From: Octopus sinensis
Lineage: Eukaryota
Length of the DNA: 64,000 bases
Direction: 5' to 3'
NCBI RefSeq assembly: GCF_006345805.1
Contig: NC_043001.1
Location: forward strand, 11,222,001-11,286,000
Shown here: piece by piece, positions 49,955 through 64,000 of the stretch
Layout: each line of letters begins with the position of its first letter
Numbering within the stretch: the stretch's first letter is position 1
Notes under the pieces: generated by a model
Databases searched by the model: none
What the model saw: the letters and a program-made list of their open reading frames with translations, nothing else
What the model was told of the DNA's origin: nothing
Made by a program: the position numbers and the translations under genes

Positions 49955-51470
49955 AATCCTGTTTAAGTCAAGTTTTGTTCAAGTAGTGAGTTTTTGTTGG
50001 GTGAGTTGTATCCAGTTTTGTTCAAGTAGTGAGTTCTTGTTGGGTGAGTTGTATCCAATTATGGGTGGCTTATCTGGTATTCTTTGAAGGAATCTATCCA
50101 GACTCTGTTTAAAGTTGATGGGATCCTTTTCCGCTTTGATCTCCCTCGGGACAATGTTAAATAGGGCAGGGCCTGTTGAGGAAAAGAAATTATGTTGCAG
50201 TGTACATGTATGTTGTGATCTTGAATTGGGCAGGGGACGCATGGCCCGTGGTCCCAGTCTTGGATGAACCTTGAAGCTAATGTTTAGGTCGTTTGGGCAA
50301 AGTTGGCGGTATAATTTCCACATCGTACAAATGATGTACCGCTCACGGCGACGCTGGAGGGAGTAAAGTTTCAAGGCTTTAAGGCGATCCCAATAATCGA
50401 GAGCAGCCATGCCTTCAATTCGTTTATTGATTGCTCTCTGGGGTGACTCAATTCTGGAGATGTTTTGTCTTGTGTGAGGAGACCACAGTGGGCAGCAGTA
50501 TTCAAGGTGTGGCCGTACAAAGGAGGAAAAAAGTGGTATGATGACACCTTGTTCTCTGGACCGGAAAGTTCTTAAGATCCAGGAACTCATCCTACGAGCT
50601 ATATCGACCTTCTTGTTGATGTGTGCACTCCAACTGAGATCGTCATCAACAATTACACCCAGGTCTCTGATATTGTTAGAGGCTGTGAGCGGTTCCCCTG
50701 AAGGAAGAGAGTATGGTTGTTTTAGTGAGGAATTTCTTCCAAAATGCATCAGCTCAAATTTTCCCTCATTCAGTTGCATTTTGTTTCTGTCTGCCCATTG
50801 ACTCACAGCATATAGATCAGACTGGAGTTGAGTTCGGTCTGCTTCTTCATTGACGATTTGCTGGAGCTTAGTGTCATCAGCAAATATTTTCACTTTGCAG
50901 TAATGTACGACACTGGAAAGGTCGTTTATGTAAATTATGAAGAGTAGCGGAGCCAAAAAAGTCCCCTGGGGAACACCGCTGGTGACTTTTGCTGGGTTTG
51001 AGTGGACTCCATCAACTACAACATATTGTGTTCTATTCGCCAGGAAATACTTAATCCAGTGTAGAACTTTTCCACGGATTCCAACATTTGCCAATTTTGA
51101 GAGTAGGATATTATGGCCTACCCTGTCGGACGCTTTACTGAAGTCAAGATATATGACGTCAGAGTTCGAACCTGTTCCCAAGGCTTTGAGTACATCTTCA
51201 ATGTGGTGTAAGAGCTGTGTTAGACAGTCCCTGCTACGGCGAAAGCCATGCTGATTTGCATTTAGGAGTTTCTGGGTCTCCAGGAAGTCAGCCATCCTTG
51301 ATCTTAACACTCTTTCAAACACTTTGATAATGTGGGAGGTGAGTGAGATTGGGCGATAGTTGACTGCGAGGCATCTGTTTGAAAACCGGGATGACCGACT
51401 GGGATAGAAACTGTTTCGGTATATAACCTGCGTCTAGAGAATTTCTCCAGAGGTTGGTCAGAGGTTGTAT
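49955..51470 (-). mobile_element. CR1-clade LINE, 5'-truncated; 447-aa RT ORF at 49979-51322
   Basis: NQHGFRR, IYLDFSKA, SGVPQGTFLAPLLFIIYINDL, IFADDTKL, FVRPHLEYCCPLWSP. Confidence 0.95.
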
Positions 51471-51496
51471 ATGTGCATATATATATATATATATAT

Positions 51497-51542
<46 letters not shown>

Positions 51543-51861
51543 TATATATATATATATATATTATATATATATATATATATACATACATATATATAAGTGT
51601 GTATGTATATACATACATACATACATACATACATACATACATTTCTTAAAATTTATGTATTTTTAAATTAAACTCGAAAGAGATTTTGGTTCAAGCAATT
51701 TTTTTTTCAATTTCTTCAAAGTTATGCTTTTTTAGTTGAACACAAAATAATTTCAGTATAAACTTTGTTCAAAGAGGAGGAAAATTTATTCAGTGAAAGT
51801 TCTCACCTGAAAAATACTTTCTGAATGTATATTTTCGGAAATTTCAAAAATTTTCTTATTT

Positions 51862-52522
51862 TTACACTTTGGGTTTTTGTTGAATTTTTTTCTTGAGAAC
51901 ACATTCTTCGTGGAAAATGGCAATTTTGACGTCTATATCTAGCATACAGGCTGTCCAGTTTTTTAGTGGTCAGTCCTCTAAATTTTGTATGTAAAAAAAT
52001 TTCTAATCTTCGGATATTTTAAAAATATGCTAGGCCACTGGTTTTAATTGATTAATATCAATTTCTACCCTTATTTAATTTTAAGTTAAAAAGATGTCCT
52101 CTAACCGGTAAATTGACTACTGTAGTTTATTAACTGCAGAGTAAATTTCCGATCTCAGCGCGCCAAAGTGAAGGCATTTGAAAGATACGCATAAATATAA
52201 TTTATTGAACTTTATACATGCTGGATTTCGGTCGAGCGTTCTGTATCTAGTTCTGGAAATTATGTTTGTAAACGACAAACTATGTTGACGATCTTGCAGA
52301 TGTTTGCGTATCCATATATGTAAATATTAACAAGTGAAACTAATTAGTACATAGGTAATCGTTTTTTTATTTCATATATTTTTATTTGTCTTACTTACTT
52401 TTAGACTTTGGTTTTTTGCTAAATTTTTTTCTTGAGAACACATTCTTCGTGGAAAATGGCGATTTTGCGTCTATATTTAGCATACAGGCTGTCCATTTTT
52501 TAGTGGTCAGTCCTCTAAATTA
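51862..52522. repeat. Direct repeat pair of ~120 bp (51862-51985 and 52400-52522)
   Basis: Both contain TTCTTGAGAACACATTCTTCGTGGAAAATGGC..GCATACAGGCTGTCC..GTGGTCAGTCCTCTAAATT. Confidence 0.85.
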
Positions 52523-53771
52523 ATATATATATATATATTATATATATATATATATATACATACATAATAATTTCAATTGGAGGCAATACAAGCGGAAACT
52601 AGAGGAACATAATTAATAACACTCGAAAATCAAATATATACGTATATTCTTCTACATTTGTAAAATAGATATAAAAATTCCAAGTATATAAATACAAATT
52701 TTCCTTTTGTTGCCTGTTTGCACTGATATGCAAAGGCGTTTAATGATAACGATCTCTGGAATGTTCAAGAAAATTTCAGATTAGAGGCTCCTGTAAAAAC
52801 TGCGTTCTTTTTCAAAGACTCCTTGTGAAGCAGTTCAATAAATGGATAAATAAAGAAAGAAAAAAAGAAACCACGTACACACAGATGTATACATGTGTGT
52901 GCGAGCGTCTCGTGTTCATTCGCTTGTGTGTGTATGCGTGCGTTTGTGTTTGAAGGCAGCAACATGCATGAAAAGTTTCTCGTACCTGGTGGAGTTAGAA
53001 GGTCTTTCGAGAAAGCGGATGATTTTGGAAGGTGGGAAAGGGTGTCTTGTTTTCCTAAAATCCTTGCCAGAAGGATCTGCGTGGCAGCGCAAATGCAATC
53101 TATATACGGGGACACATTTCCATTTAGAGAGAAATTTGAATAGAAAATGTAGATTGGACAGAAAGGCTGGGTTATGGAAATTTGTATTTTGGAAAGAAGG
53201 AGGCTATGTGGTATGTCTGTAAGGAGGGGGTGATTAACGGGCCCTTTGGAGTCTAGAAACTCTTTGGAGTCTAGGGTTTATTGGGTTCCAAGACGGCTTG
53301 CGGAAATAAAGAAGAAATGTCCAGTGGGTTAAACATTATTTCGTCATTTAGATATGTTTATTATATGGATTCGTTTGGATGAGTGGGAAGTGGAGGTAAC
53401 AGACTTCTGAGCTTCCACAACAAAGATGTGTTCTACGCTACAAATGTCGGTTCATCCCTCGAAATTCTACGATTTATTAACATCAGAAGGGAGAAAGCGA
53501 AACATTTTGGAGAAATGGTTTTGGCACAGCCGTTTTGGCGCAGCTGCGTTGACGTCGCTGATCTGACGCTGACTTATTTGACATTAGATGTTCTAATGTT
53601 TTTCTCGTTTAATGTTTCTCTCCTCCTGTCTTTCTTGTCTCTCCCCCTCTATCTCTCTTCTTTCTCTCTGTTAATATGTGAGAACAAATTTCTCTCTGTG
53701 AAGGAAGAAAGCGAAAAATGTTTCTGTTAATCATGTTCATATGATAAATTGTAACGCCTTCTTCTCTCTAC

Positions 53772-54008
53772 GGATGTTTGTCCTCATCTTCTTTATTGTT
53801 AAAACATCTCTTCGGCTGATATACTCTCCAGCCTTCATCAGGTGTCTTGGGGAAATTTCGAACCTGGGTTCTCATTCCTAAGGTATTTTTGGATGTTATT
53901 ATTATTATTATTATTATTATTATCATTATTATTCAGGTCACTGCCTGGAATCGAACTCGGAATCTTGGGGTTAGTAGCCCGCACCCTTAACCACTACACA
54001 ATATGTCC
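53772..54008 (-). mobile_element. SINE-D
   Basis: Reverse complement of 3438-3787 without the insert. Confidence 0.85.
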
Positions 54009-54799
54009 GTGAATATTATTTCCACAACAGAGTTGAGAATAACATTTTCTAGGGTAGTTTCATGCGTAGACCCCGAAAATGGCAATCGTCTCTCACAGAA
54101 CGACTCTAGTTTATGGTAATTCAGCTTTTTAATATGAGCGTATTTTTATAATTTTTATTTTTTTATTTTTCAGATTTTCAAAGAAAAAACTATAAAATAC
54201 CTATAAATATTTAATTAGATCTTTAATTAGAATAGAAATTGCATTAAAATGCCAAGGGGGAAGTATAGAAATCATGCAGATAAATTTTGTTATATCTGTG
54301 ACGCTATGACATTCCAGAAGAATGCAAGAAACACTACACGGTTGGTAAAAAAAACAGTATTTCTTATATTTTGGTGTCAAGATAGGAGACCAAAATAAAA
54401 GTTGAGCACCACATATCCTTAGCGGTATTTCGTCTGCCGTTACGTTGTGAGTTCAAATTCCGCCGAGATCGACTTTGCCTTTCATCCTTTCGGGGTCGAT
54501 AAATTAAGTACCAGTTACGCACTGAGATCGATGTAATACCTATGTCTGTCCTTGTTTGTCCCCTCTGTGTTGAGCCCCTTGTAGGTAGTAAATAAATAGG
54601 TATTTCGTTTGCCGTTAAGTGCTGAGTTCAGATTCCGCAGAGGTCGACTTTGCCTTTCATCCTTTCGGGGTTGATTAAATAAGTACCAGTTACGCACTGG
54701 GGTCGATATAATCGACTTAATCCGTTTGTCTGTCCTTGTTTGTCCCCTCTATGTTTAGCCCATTGTGGGTAGTAAAGAAATAGGTATAACAACGAAGAG

Positions 54800-55380
54800 T
54801 GCGTCGTCGTCGGTGGGGTACCCGCATCTGAAATCCGCCGTTTCGACCTGTACCTCATTCAGCCAGCGTTCCGATACCTGTTGTACCCGCAAAAATGGTT
54901 TTTATCCGATACTAGTGAATCAGAAGAGAATTATGAACAAGATGAATTGTATGTGCCTTCATCAGAAGAGTTCAGACCGAAACCCTTAGCACAGGATGAG
55001 TTAAACGATCGTGTTCGGGATTTGGGATTAACGAAAATGCAGAGCGAGTTACTGGCTTCTAGGTTAAAAGAAAGCAACTTGGTAACTCAAAATGTCAGCA
55101 TTACAAAATTTCGAAACCGTGCAGATTGGTTTAATAGAAAAATTTGAAATGAATGGCAGCTTGTGCTACTGTAACGACATACCGGGACTCTTTGAAGAGC
55201 TTGGCTTAAATTACGAACCGAGTGAGGCTATTCATAGACGCTTCGGTTTATAGCACTAAAGCTGTGCTACTGTACATAGGTAAGAAAAACTTCTGTCAAT
55301 TTCTGTAGCTCATTTTGTTATTCTAAAGGAAACGTACGAAAATCTATCGTTCATATTAGGTTATATAAGATATAATGAGC
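54800..55380 (+). pseudogene. Chapaev3/CMC-type transposase relic, cut by SINE-B
   Basis: QDELNDRVRDLGLTKMQSELLASRLKESNL, then after a frameshift LCYCNDIPGLFEELG..KAVLL..KETYENL. Family assignment is from recalled motifs. Confidence 0.7.
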
Positions 55381-55469
55381 ACCTTGGGCAAGTATCTTCT
55401 GCTATAGCCTCGGGCCGACCAAAGCCTTTTGATTGGATTTGGTAGGCCTAAACTGAAAAGAAGCTCGTC

Positions 55470-55542
<73 letters not shown>

Positions 55543-58015
55543 GATGTATGTATGTATATGTTTGTGTGTCTGTGTTTGTCTCCTCCACCATCGCTTGACA
55601 ACCGATGTTTCCATCCCTGTAAGTTAGCGGTTCGGCAAAAGAGCCCTATAGAATAAGTACTAGGTTTATAAAGAATAAGTTCTGGGGTCGATTTCTTCGA
55701 CTAAAAGGCGGTGCTCCAGCTTGGCCGCAGTCAAATGACTGAAACAAGTAAAAGAGCCAAGATAAATATTCACCCTTTCAAGTTCAGATTAAAGGTAATA
55801 TAATTAAACAAAATATAATTAACGAATATAATTAAATAATACAATCAATAAAAATGCTATTATACAATGTACGCATACGGATACGCAGCCTTATTATATC
55901 TGATAATTAAACAAACTTTTTATTCGTACACCTCCTCAAACAAGATCTAATATACACAGTGATGTCGGTAAATATTGACCGCGGTCATTTTTTACTGGGG
56001 TAGCTGATTCTATATAAAAAAGTTTGAGTTGCTAAATTCCCTTTCAACCCTCTCTACACCTAGCATGATCAAAATATATCTCCTGCAGGTCGGTGGTTCG
56101 AATCAGAGTAGCCAATTTTTATTCTGTTAGCAATCGGATGCCTGATGAAGTGGCTGGTGATTATTTGTATGGTGTAGCGTATGAATTATGAAGAACTACG
56201 CTATTGAAACGTTTGTAGTAGCTATTGACCCGTTAATGTACATCCATTTTATTGTATTTCTTTTATCGCATGGCATATGAAATCAATCCTTTCTACTTGA
56301 GGTACAAGGCCTGAAATTTTTTGGAGGGTGCCAGTCGATTAGATCGACCCCAGTACGCAACTAGTACTTAATTTATCGACCCTGAAAGGATGAAAAGCAA
56401 AGTCAACCTCGGCGGAATTTGAACTCGGAACGTAAAGACAGACAAAATACCTATTTCTTTACTACCCACAAGGGGCTAAACACAAAGAGGACAAACAAGG
56501 ACAGACAAACGGATTAAGTCGATTATATTGACCCCAGTGTGTAACTGGTACTTTATTTATCGACCCGGAAAGGATGAAAGGCAAAGTCGACCATGGCGGG
56601 ATTTGAACTCAGAACGTAGCGGCAGACGAAATACCACTCCAAGCAAAAGGCCCGAAATTTTGGGGGAGTGGGCCAGTTGATAAGATCAATCCCAGTACGC
56701 AACTGGTACTTAACTTATCGACCCTGAAAGGATGAAAGGCAAAGTCGACTTCGGCGGAATTTGAACCCGGAACGTAGCGACAGGCGAAATACTGTTAAGC
56801 ATTACGTCCAGCGTGCTAATGATTCTGCCGGCTCGTCGTGATTGGCATACGAAATTAATGATACCATTGCAATTAGGATCGTGGAGTACCTGATATCATT
56901 AAGTAATCATTGTTAAGCTTGTGATGGAACGATATTTTGGGAATATTATTCATTGACTGAGAGATTAATTAGTTAATTAATTAATTAATATATACGTTAA
57001 TATTATTTTAGTGTAAACTTCTAGCCAGTTGCACACTAGAAGCTACCGTGTTTATAACTATAATTGACGTCATTCAAATCAATTTGTATATGTATGTATG
57101 TAATTGTTCAGTTTTATTTCAAGATTTCTTGCCAATAGAAAAAGAATCGGTTTCTAACGCGCTAACGTTTCTTATTTCTCTATTGCCCACAAGGGGCTAA
57201 ACATAGAGGGGACAAACAAGGACAGACAAACGGATTAAGTCGATAACATCGACCCCAGTGCGTAACTGGTACTTAATTTATCGACCCCGAAAGGATGAAA
57301 GGCAAAGTCGACCTCGGCGGAATTTGAACTCAGAACGTAGCGGCAGACGAAATATCTATTTCATTACTGCCCACGAGGGGCTACACACAGAGGGGACAAA
57401 TAAGGACAGACAAACGGATTAAGACGATTACATCGACCCCAGTGCGTAACTGGTACTTAATTTATCGACCCCGAAAGGATGAAAGGCAAAGTCGACCTCG
57501 GCGGAATTTGAACTCAGAACGTAGCGGCAGACGAAATATCTATTTCATTACTGCCCACGAGGGGCTACACACAGAGGGGACAAACAAGGACAGACAAACG
57601 GATTAAGACGATTACATCGACCCCAGTGCGTAACTGGTACTCAATAGATCGTAGTGATCAATATTTCAACATGAACAACATTGTATGTATGTATGTATGT
57701 ATGTATGTATGTATGTATGTATGTATGTATGTATGTATGTATGTACGTGCAGATTTGTATGTTTTATGCCTGTATTCTCATGCAAATAGATGCATATCTA
57801 GATATGTTCATATATATTTAAATGATAAACTTCTGGAAAGTTTTACAGATTTTTACAGTTCCAGTGATGGATCTGTAGTCTTCGAAACATCTTTCTCCTT
57901 TGAGGTTTTGAGAAGCCTAATTTCTCAAGATTAATATCTAGGCAACGTGCCCCCAATAATTACAGGTATAAACCTGGTGTGTATGTATGTAAGTATGTAT
58001 GTTTGTTTATGTAGA

Positions 58016-58290
58016 CGTGTGGTTTATTGGTTGGGTATCCAATTCATGACCATGAGGTCGTGAGTTCAATTCCTGGCGGTGCGTTGTCCTTGAGCAAGAC
58101 ACTTTGTTTCACATTGCTCCAATCTACTCAGCTGGCAAAAATTAGTTGTACCTGTAATTCACAGGGGCCAGCTTCTTACATTCCGTGTCATGCTGAATCT
58201 GACAGAGAACCACGTTAGGACACGCGTGTCTGTGGAGTACTCAGCCACTTGCACGTTAATTTTATGGACTGTTCCATCGATCGGACCAAC
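58016..58290 (+). mobile_element. SINE-E (tRNA head + TGTCCTTGAGCAAGACACTT domain)
   Basis: B box GAGTTCAATTCC followed by GTTGTCCTTGAGCAAGACACTTT..ACTCAGCTG. Confidence 0.65.
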
Positions 58291-60438
58291 TCATTCGTTT
58301 CTCATTGTGTCTTGTCCTGTACCTATATATGCACAGGACGTCATGTACCCAGTGTTGCAGAATAGGAATTCACAATATTTATTCATGTATACAATCTAAC
58401 TTCTGGACTTGTTTAATTGGAACTATCTAACCAATACTTATCAATTTACATGAGTAGAAGCTTTTTTTTAAACAATTTTTATCCTGAAAAATCACCCGTT
58501 ACTTTTGTTTTAAAGTGGAAGAGAGGAAAATGTGAAATATGTATGAACGTGTGTATGAAATGCACGTGTGTGTGTGTGAGAGAGAGAGGGGGGAGAGAAA
58601 GAGTGTGCCACTTACACATACATGAGAACACACACGTTCACTCACTCACTCACTCACTCACTCACTCACACACACACACACACACCACACACACAGGTTT
58701 CTCTATCTCTCTCACGCACACATGCACACGTACATACAAAAAGTACCCTTCACTCACTCTATCTTTTCTTCTCTCTCTGTCCTCTCTCTCTGTCTCTCTC
58801 TCTCTTTCACACACACACGTCCATTTCACATACCCGTACATGCATCTTTCACTTTCTCCTCTTTTTCACTTTAAAAAAAAAGTAAATAAATAAAATTCTT
58901 TAAGGAAAATAACGAACTCCAGATGATGAGATCACATTCACTTAAAAATATATCTAAATGATTAAAATATTGTGTTCGTCAAAAAGTTCTTAGAGAGCAT
59001 GAAGAATGTGTATATATGTCACAGATAGCGGACGTGTGCCTGTGTTGATTGACACACCAGGGCATTCATTATATGTGTGTGTATCCTGTATATGTGTAAG
59101 TGTGCTGACGTCAAGAAATAACAAAAATTGCGTTTAATCGTTTAGAGGTCCAAATGTAACAAAAATTTGTATTGCACTGCCGAAGGTATGTAATGAAAAT
59201 AAATATGCAAAAAAGTAAGATAAAATTTTTCTAAGATATTTCAGTTACACACAACCATCCCCAGAGTTTTAGTATTATCAAGATATATGTATATGTATTC
59301 ATATGTGTATACATTTGCGCATCTGTGTGTACGATCATACGCACCAATGCACACGTGTGTGTAGGTATATGTGTGATGTATAGGTGTATGTATGTGTTTG
59401 TGAGTGTCTACGTGTAAACGAAAAGGTTTGAGTACAGCGTATGCATACATTTAAGACAAAGAATCTAGCCTGTGTATAAATTTAACAATTATTTCGGGAA
59501 TAAATCAATATAAACGGGTGACGTGTATTTTCATCTTGTGATTCTTCAGACTGAGTGAATATTTTATGAGAATCAAACTATATTTCTAGGAAACGAAATT
59601 TTCTTGAAAGAATACAGTGGTGGTGGTGGTGGTGGTGGTGTTGCTTGTGGTGGTGGTTGTAATTGAAAGATTTAGTGATTTAGTTAAGAGCTTGGAAGTG
59701 ATGGGTTGTAGATGAAGTAGGAAAGGTAGACGAATGTTGTTGGGTATAGGGTTGATAGCCAAGGTTGTGCGGTGTGGGTGGGTACGTGACTGTAAATTGT
59801 CATGAAATATTTATGAAGAGCAACGATTTAGTAAAATGTTGTGGTCAGAAAGAAGATTAAAAGCTGTATAACGGGTGGTAGTCGGGTGGGACTTTAAGTG
59901 GTCGATTCTGATTCATTTAGCAGATGAGCAAAGAGTAGACATAGGCTGGTCTATGAATAATAGACGTATGAATAACAACTGTGGCCAGAATTTAAATATA
60001 GGTGCGGGTGTAGCTGTGTGGTAAGAAGCTTCTTTCTTAACTATATAGTTCAGGGTTCAACCCCAATGGGTCACACCTTCGCCAAGTGTCTCCTGCTATA
60101 GCCTCAGGCCGACCACAGCCTTGTGAATAGATTTGGTTGACGGAAACTGTAAGAAGACGGTCGTATATATGTATTGGCGTGCGTGTGGTGTGACTGTTTG
60201 GCCGTGCCTGTGTTTGTCCTCCACTCACCGCTTGACACTCGGTGCTGGTGTGTTTGTTTCCTCGTAACTTAGTGGTTTGGCGAATGAGATTGATAGAATA
60301 ACTACCAGGCTTAAAAAAAGAAGTGCTGGGATCGATTCTTTCGACTAAAAATGCAAGGCGAACAACGTGGCTGCAGTCTGATGACTGAAACAAGTAAAAG
60401 ATTATATATATAAATGTGTGTGTGTGTGTATGTGTGTG

Positions 60439-60479
<41 letters not shown>

Positions 60480-61073
60480 CTGTTTCCCTCCCACCTCCCT
60501 CTCACTCTCTCTCTCTCTTGTGAGTCTATTTGGTAGACGGAAACTGAAAGAGGCCTGTCGTGTATGTATGTGTGTGTGCGCGAGCGCGCGTGTTTGTGAG
60601 TGAGGATTTGTCCCCCACTTGCCAACCGGTGTTGGTGTGTTTCCATCCCCGTAACTTAGCAGTCCGGCAATAGAGACTGCTAGAATAAGGACTCGGCTTT
60701 AACAAAATAAACCCTAGCGTCGATTTGTTCGACTTAAAAAAAAAAAAAAAGAAATTTCAAGGCTATGCTCCAGCATGGCCGCAGTCAAATGACTGGAACA
60801 AGTAAAATAATAAAAGACGAAAACGCTTACCAAAAACAGACTTGAGGAATTCGCTCCTGGACGAACCGTTCCTTTCATTGTCCTTCTGTCTCTTTTACAA
60901 CTATATCAACTAAATTCGTGTTCTCTTTTCTTTCATTCACACATCCCACCCGTATTTCTTTCGATTTCCTCAAGTGTGCGTTTAATATGCCGACATATAA
61001 ATTTTAACTGATCCTTTCTTCCTAGAACTGAAGCCCACTGAATTGTCTCCTAACTCCAATTTTCCTTGTAGAT

Positions 61074-61177
61074 CAGTGGTTCCCAACCTGGGGGTCTGTG
61101 CGGGTCCCTGGTGATCCGCAAAGTTAGTGCTGGAGGTCTGTGAACTAAATTCAAAATTTCATTTATATATATATAAT

Positions 61178-61252
<75 letters not shown>

Positions 61253-61271
61253 TATATTATATATATATATA

Positions 61272-61305
<34 letters not shown>

Positions 61306-61661
61306 CATATATACATACATACATATATACATACATACATATATACATCCATATATACATACATAAGGATAAGCATATTAAAACGTGTGCAGACAATTCG
61401 TTGACCATTCACCGACAGACAATTCGCCGATTGGACAATTGGCTGATTGGACAATAAGTCGATCATGGAGTTCGTCACTGAGTTCATTTTCTAAAAAATA
61501 TCGACTTTTTGTTCTTTCGGCAAATTGTCCAATCGGTCAATTGTCCTGCCTGTAATCTGTCTGTCGGCCAATTGTCCGTCTACCATATTAAAAGTGGTCC
61601 GTTAAATAGAAGGGTTGAGAACCACTGTTGGGAGCCACTGTGAAAAGGTTAGGAACAACTG
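61074..61661. mobile_element. hAT MITE with nested palindromic MITE (61387-61585) and microsatellite
   Basis: CAGTGGTTCCCAACC ... AGGTTAGGAACAACTG. 8-bp TSD TTGTAGAT/CTGTAGAT. Inner element has inverted GACAATT(G/C)GCCGA-type repeats. Confidence 0.75.
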
Positions 61662-62248
61662 CTGTAGATATTAGTATAATTTGTTTTGCACAAGGCCAGC
61701 AGTTTCGGGTGTATGGGTAAGTCGATTACATCGACCCCAATTTCCAGATGGTACTTATTTTATCGACCCCGAAAAGATGAGAAGCAAAAACTAACCTCGA
61801 CGAAATTCGAACTCAGATCGTAAAGACGGACGAAATGCCGCCAAGAATTTTAATCGGCATGCTAACGATTCTGCCTCATTTTCCCTGTAGATATTGGTCT
61901 AGAGATGAAGCAGAACATCAACAACGTCAATCGTAATTGTTTAAGATAAGCATTCAAGGTCCCCGGGTTCCGTTTTCCTTCTGCCTTAAAAACAGGCGAT
62001 CGAGTCATTAAGTTTGGATTCATTCAGGCATTGTGAATCTAACACTAAATTATTTTCTGGCATTCCTGTATATTTTAAGAAGTTAGTGTAGATTCTAGGT
62101 AGATTTCATTTATTCCAAGTTGTCGAGTACTCGTGTAAAGGCTCCATATTTATTTCGATAAATGAAACCCAACGTTTCATTAGCTCTTCAAAGTATCGTC
62201 ATTTTGGCGCCCTGTCCACTTCGCAGTCCGACAGCTCCAGGTACTTAC

Positions 62249-62572
62249 GCATAAACAAAGAGATTTCTGGTTTGAAAGCTACGAAACGAAAACCATCATT
62301 TAGACATGAAAGGCAGTGATAAAATTTCTCATTTACTTTAATGAAAGTTTTGTGAGCTGTTATAAATCTCAGCATTGAGAAGAAACGAATTAAATGCTTT
62401 GTAATATTGTTCAAGTATTTTCTTAAACGGCTACATTCGGGAAATTCAATGCTAGTTTTAAAAGACACCGCATTTATTTTTTCTTGGTTTTCTTTTAATT
62501 CTGCAATCATATTCCTTTTAAATAAATTCATTATTTCAATAAATTGCTTCGCTGAAACACCTCCCGACGAAT
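62249..62572 (-). CDS. Candidate 108-codon coding exon (or pseudogene frame) of an unidentified protein
   Basis: Lies in a natural-composition 133-aa ORF. Acceptor CCATTCAG|AT and donor ATGC|GTAAGT, phase 1-1. Confidence 0.45.
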
Positions 62573-63118
62573 CTGAATGGCGTTGTTGAAGTCGTGTCAC
62601 ACAGAATAATTAAATTCTTAATTATTCGTTTAGAAATGTTGACGGATACTACAATAACATCTCGACATTATACAAATAACTCTGACTTGGAAGTTGAAAT
62701 TTGTTTAAAGAGGCTTAGTTATTTCTAGCGAATTGTTAAAAGAGCTTCCATATTCATTTACTTTAGTTTCTCCTTTACAAGAGCAAAATACTTTGAAAAG
62801 TTTTCACACAATGTAACAAAACTTACAGAGAATTAAGAATAATTGTAGCAAACAAAACAAACAAAACAAAATGTAGTCAGCAAATTACTGTTTATTTTAA
62901 TTCAAATCTGACCCAAGAGAAATTGAATGAAAGAGTCGAATCAGTTGAGATTCGCGCTCCGTATTTGCTCTCTGTAATTCAATGAAGCTTTCCCCAAATT
63001 CTAACACGCACCCACACACAAACACACATGCGTATGTAGAGTTTATATATGTATATATATATATGAGCATGTATGTATGTATATAATATATGTATGTCTA
63101 TATGTATATATATATATA

Positions 63119-63151
<33 letters not shown>

Positions 63152-63220
63152 TATAGACATACATACATATATATACATATAGACATACATACATATATAT
63201 AATATAGACATACATACATA

Positions 63221-63270
<50 letters not shown>

Positions 63271-63422
63271 CTAATTCTAACATCCCTCTAAGAGATATAC
63301 ACACATAATGCATTTGTGTGTGTATATATATATATGTGTGTGTGGGTATGTATCTGTATATATATATATATATATGTATATCTATATTGCATGCACTGAC
63401 GTATATGTATGTATATACATTC

Positions 63423-63470
<48 letters not shown>

Positions 63471-63619
63471 TACCGTACATATACATACATACATATACAC
63501 ACACACTCGCATATATACACAGATAGATAGATTGATAGATATGCATATATAGATAGCTATATAGAGACAGATTACACGTACCAGTATATATATGTTTGTG
63601 TGTGTGTGTGTAATCTGTC

Positions 63620-63709
<90 letters not shown>

Positions 63710-64000
63710 AATCTATCTATCACTGTTTCTTTCTCTCGAAGATAGGCGCATGTCTTGAGAATTTCTTTTCATCGCTGATTACTATCGACTCCCAATTGCT
63801 TTCTGATTATTATTTTATCAACGCCACAAAGATGAAAGTCAAAGCATACATCGGTGGTATTCGAAATCCGAACGTAGAATGGCTTGACTAGATACTGCAA
63901 AGCAGTCTATTCGACGCTTCACCAGTTTTCTTAAGATGCAACCCTTCATATAATAAGCATATTAATCTTTGAAACGAAGGATTGTACGACTGTAATAATG

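Noticed and set aside
59640-60000. Decayed PLE endonuclease end on the minus strand
   Set aside because: Only a faint LLSDHNILLNR resemblance; not enough to call.

Overview
AT-rich, microsatellite-dense animal genomic DNA. The SINE families and repeat style point to a coleoid cephalopod, probably Octopus; this is inferred from recalled repeat families, not from a search. No intact named gene is recognisable. The window is mostly intronic or intergenic and holds at least five tRNA-derived SINE families, truncated LINEs (R4/Dong, RTE, Tx1/L1, CR1), a Penelope-like element (PLE), Tc1/mariner, hAT and Chapaev3 relics, Helentron-type non-autonomous elements and MITEs. Candidate exons of unknown genes occur on + (4937-5058, 6331-6498, 12753-12854) and on - (20469-19155, 62572-62249). 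Most notable: (1) a complete canonical type I hammerhead ribozyme in the PLE 3' region (39914-40019); (2) a tRNA-headed SINE whose tail is a PLE-type terminus with a minimal dimer-type hammerhead, one copy showing a Penelope-style inverted tail; (3) one SINE expanded into a 4.1 kb, ~22-unit satellite with higher-order structure; (4) a SINE tail matching the 3' end of the Tx1 LINE in the same window.
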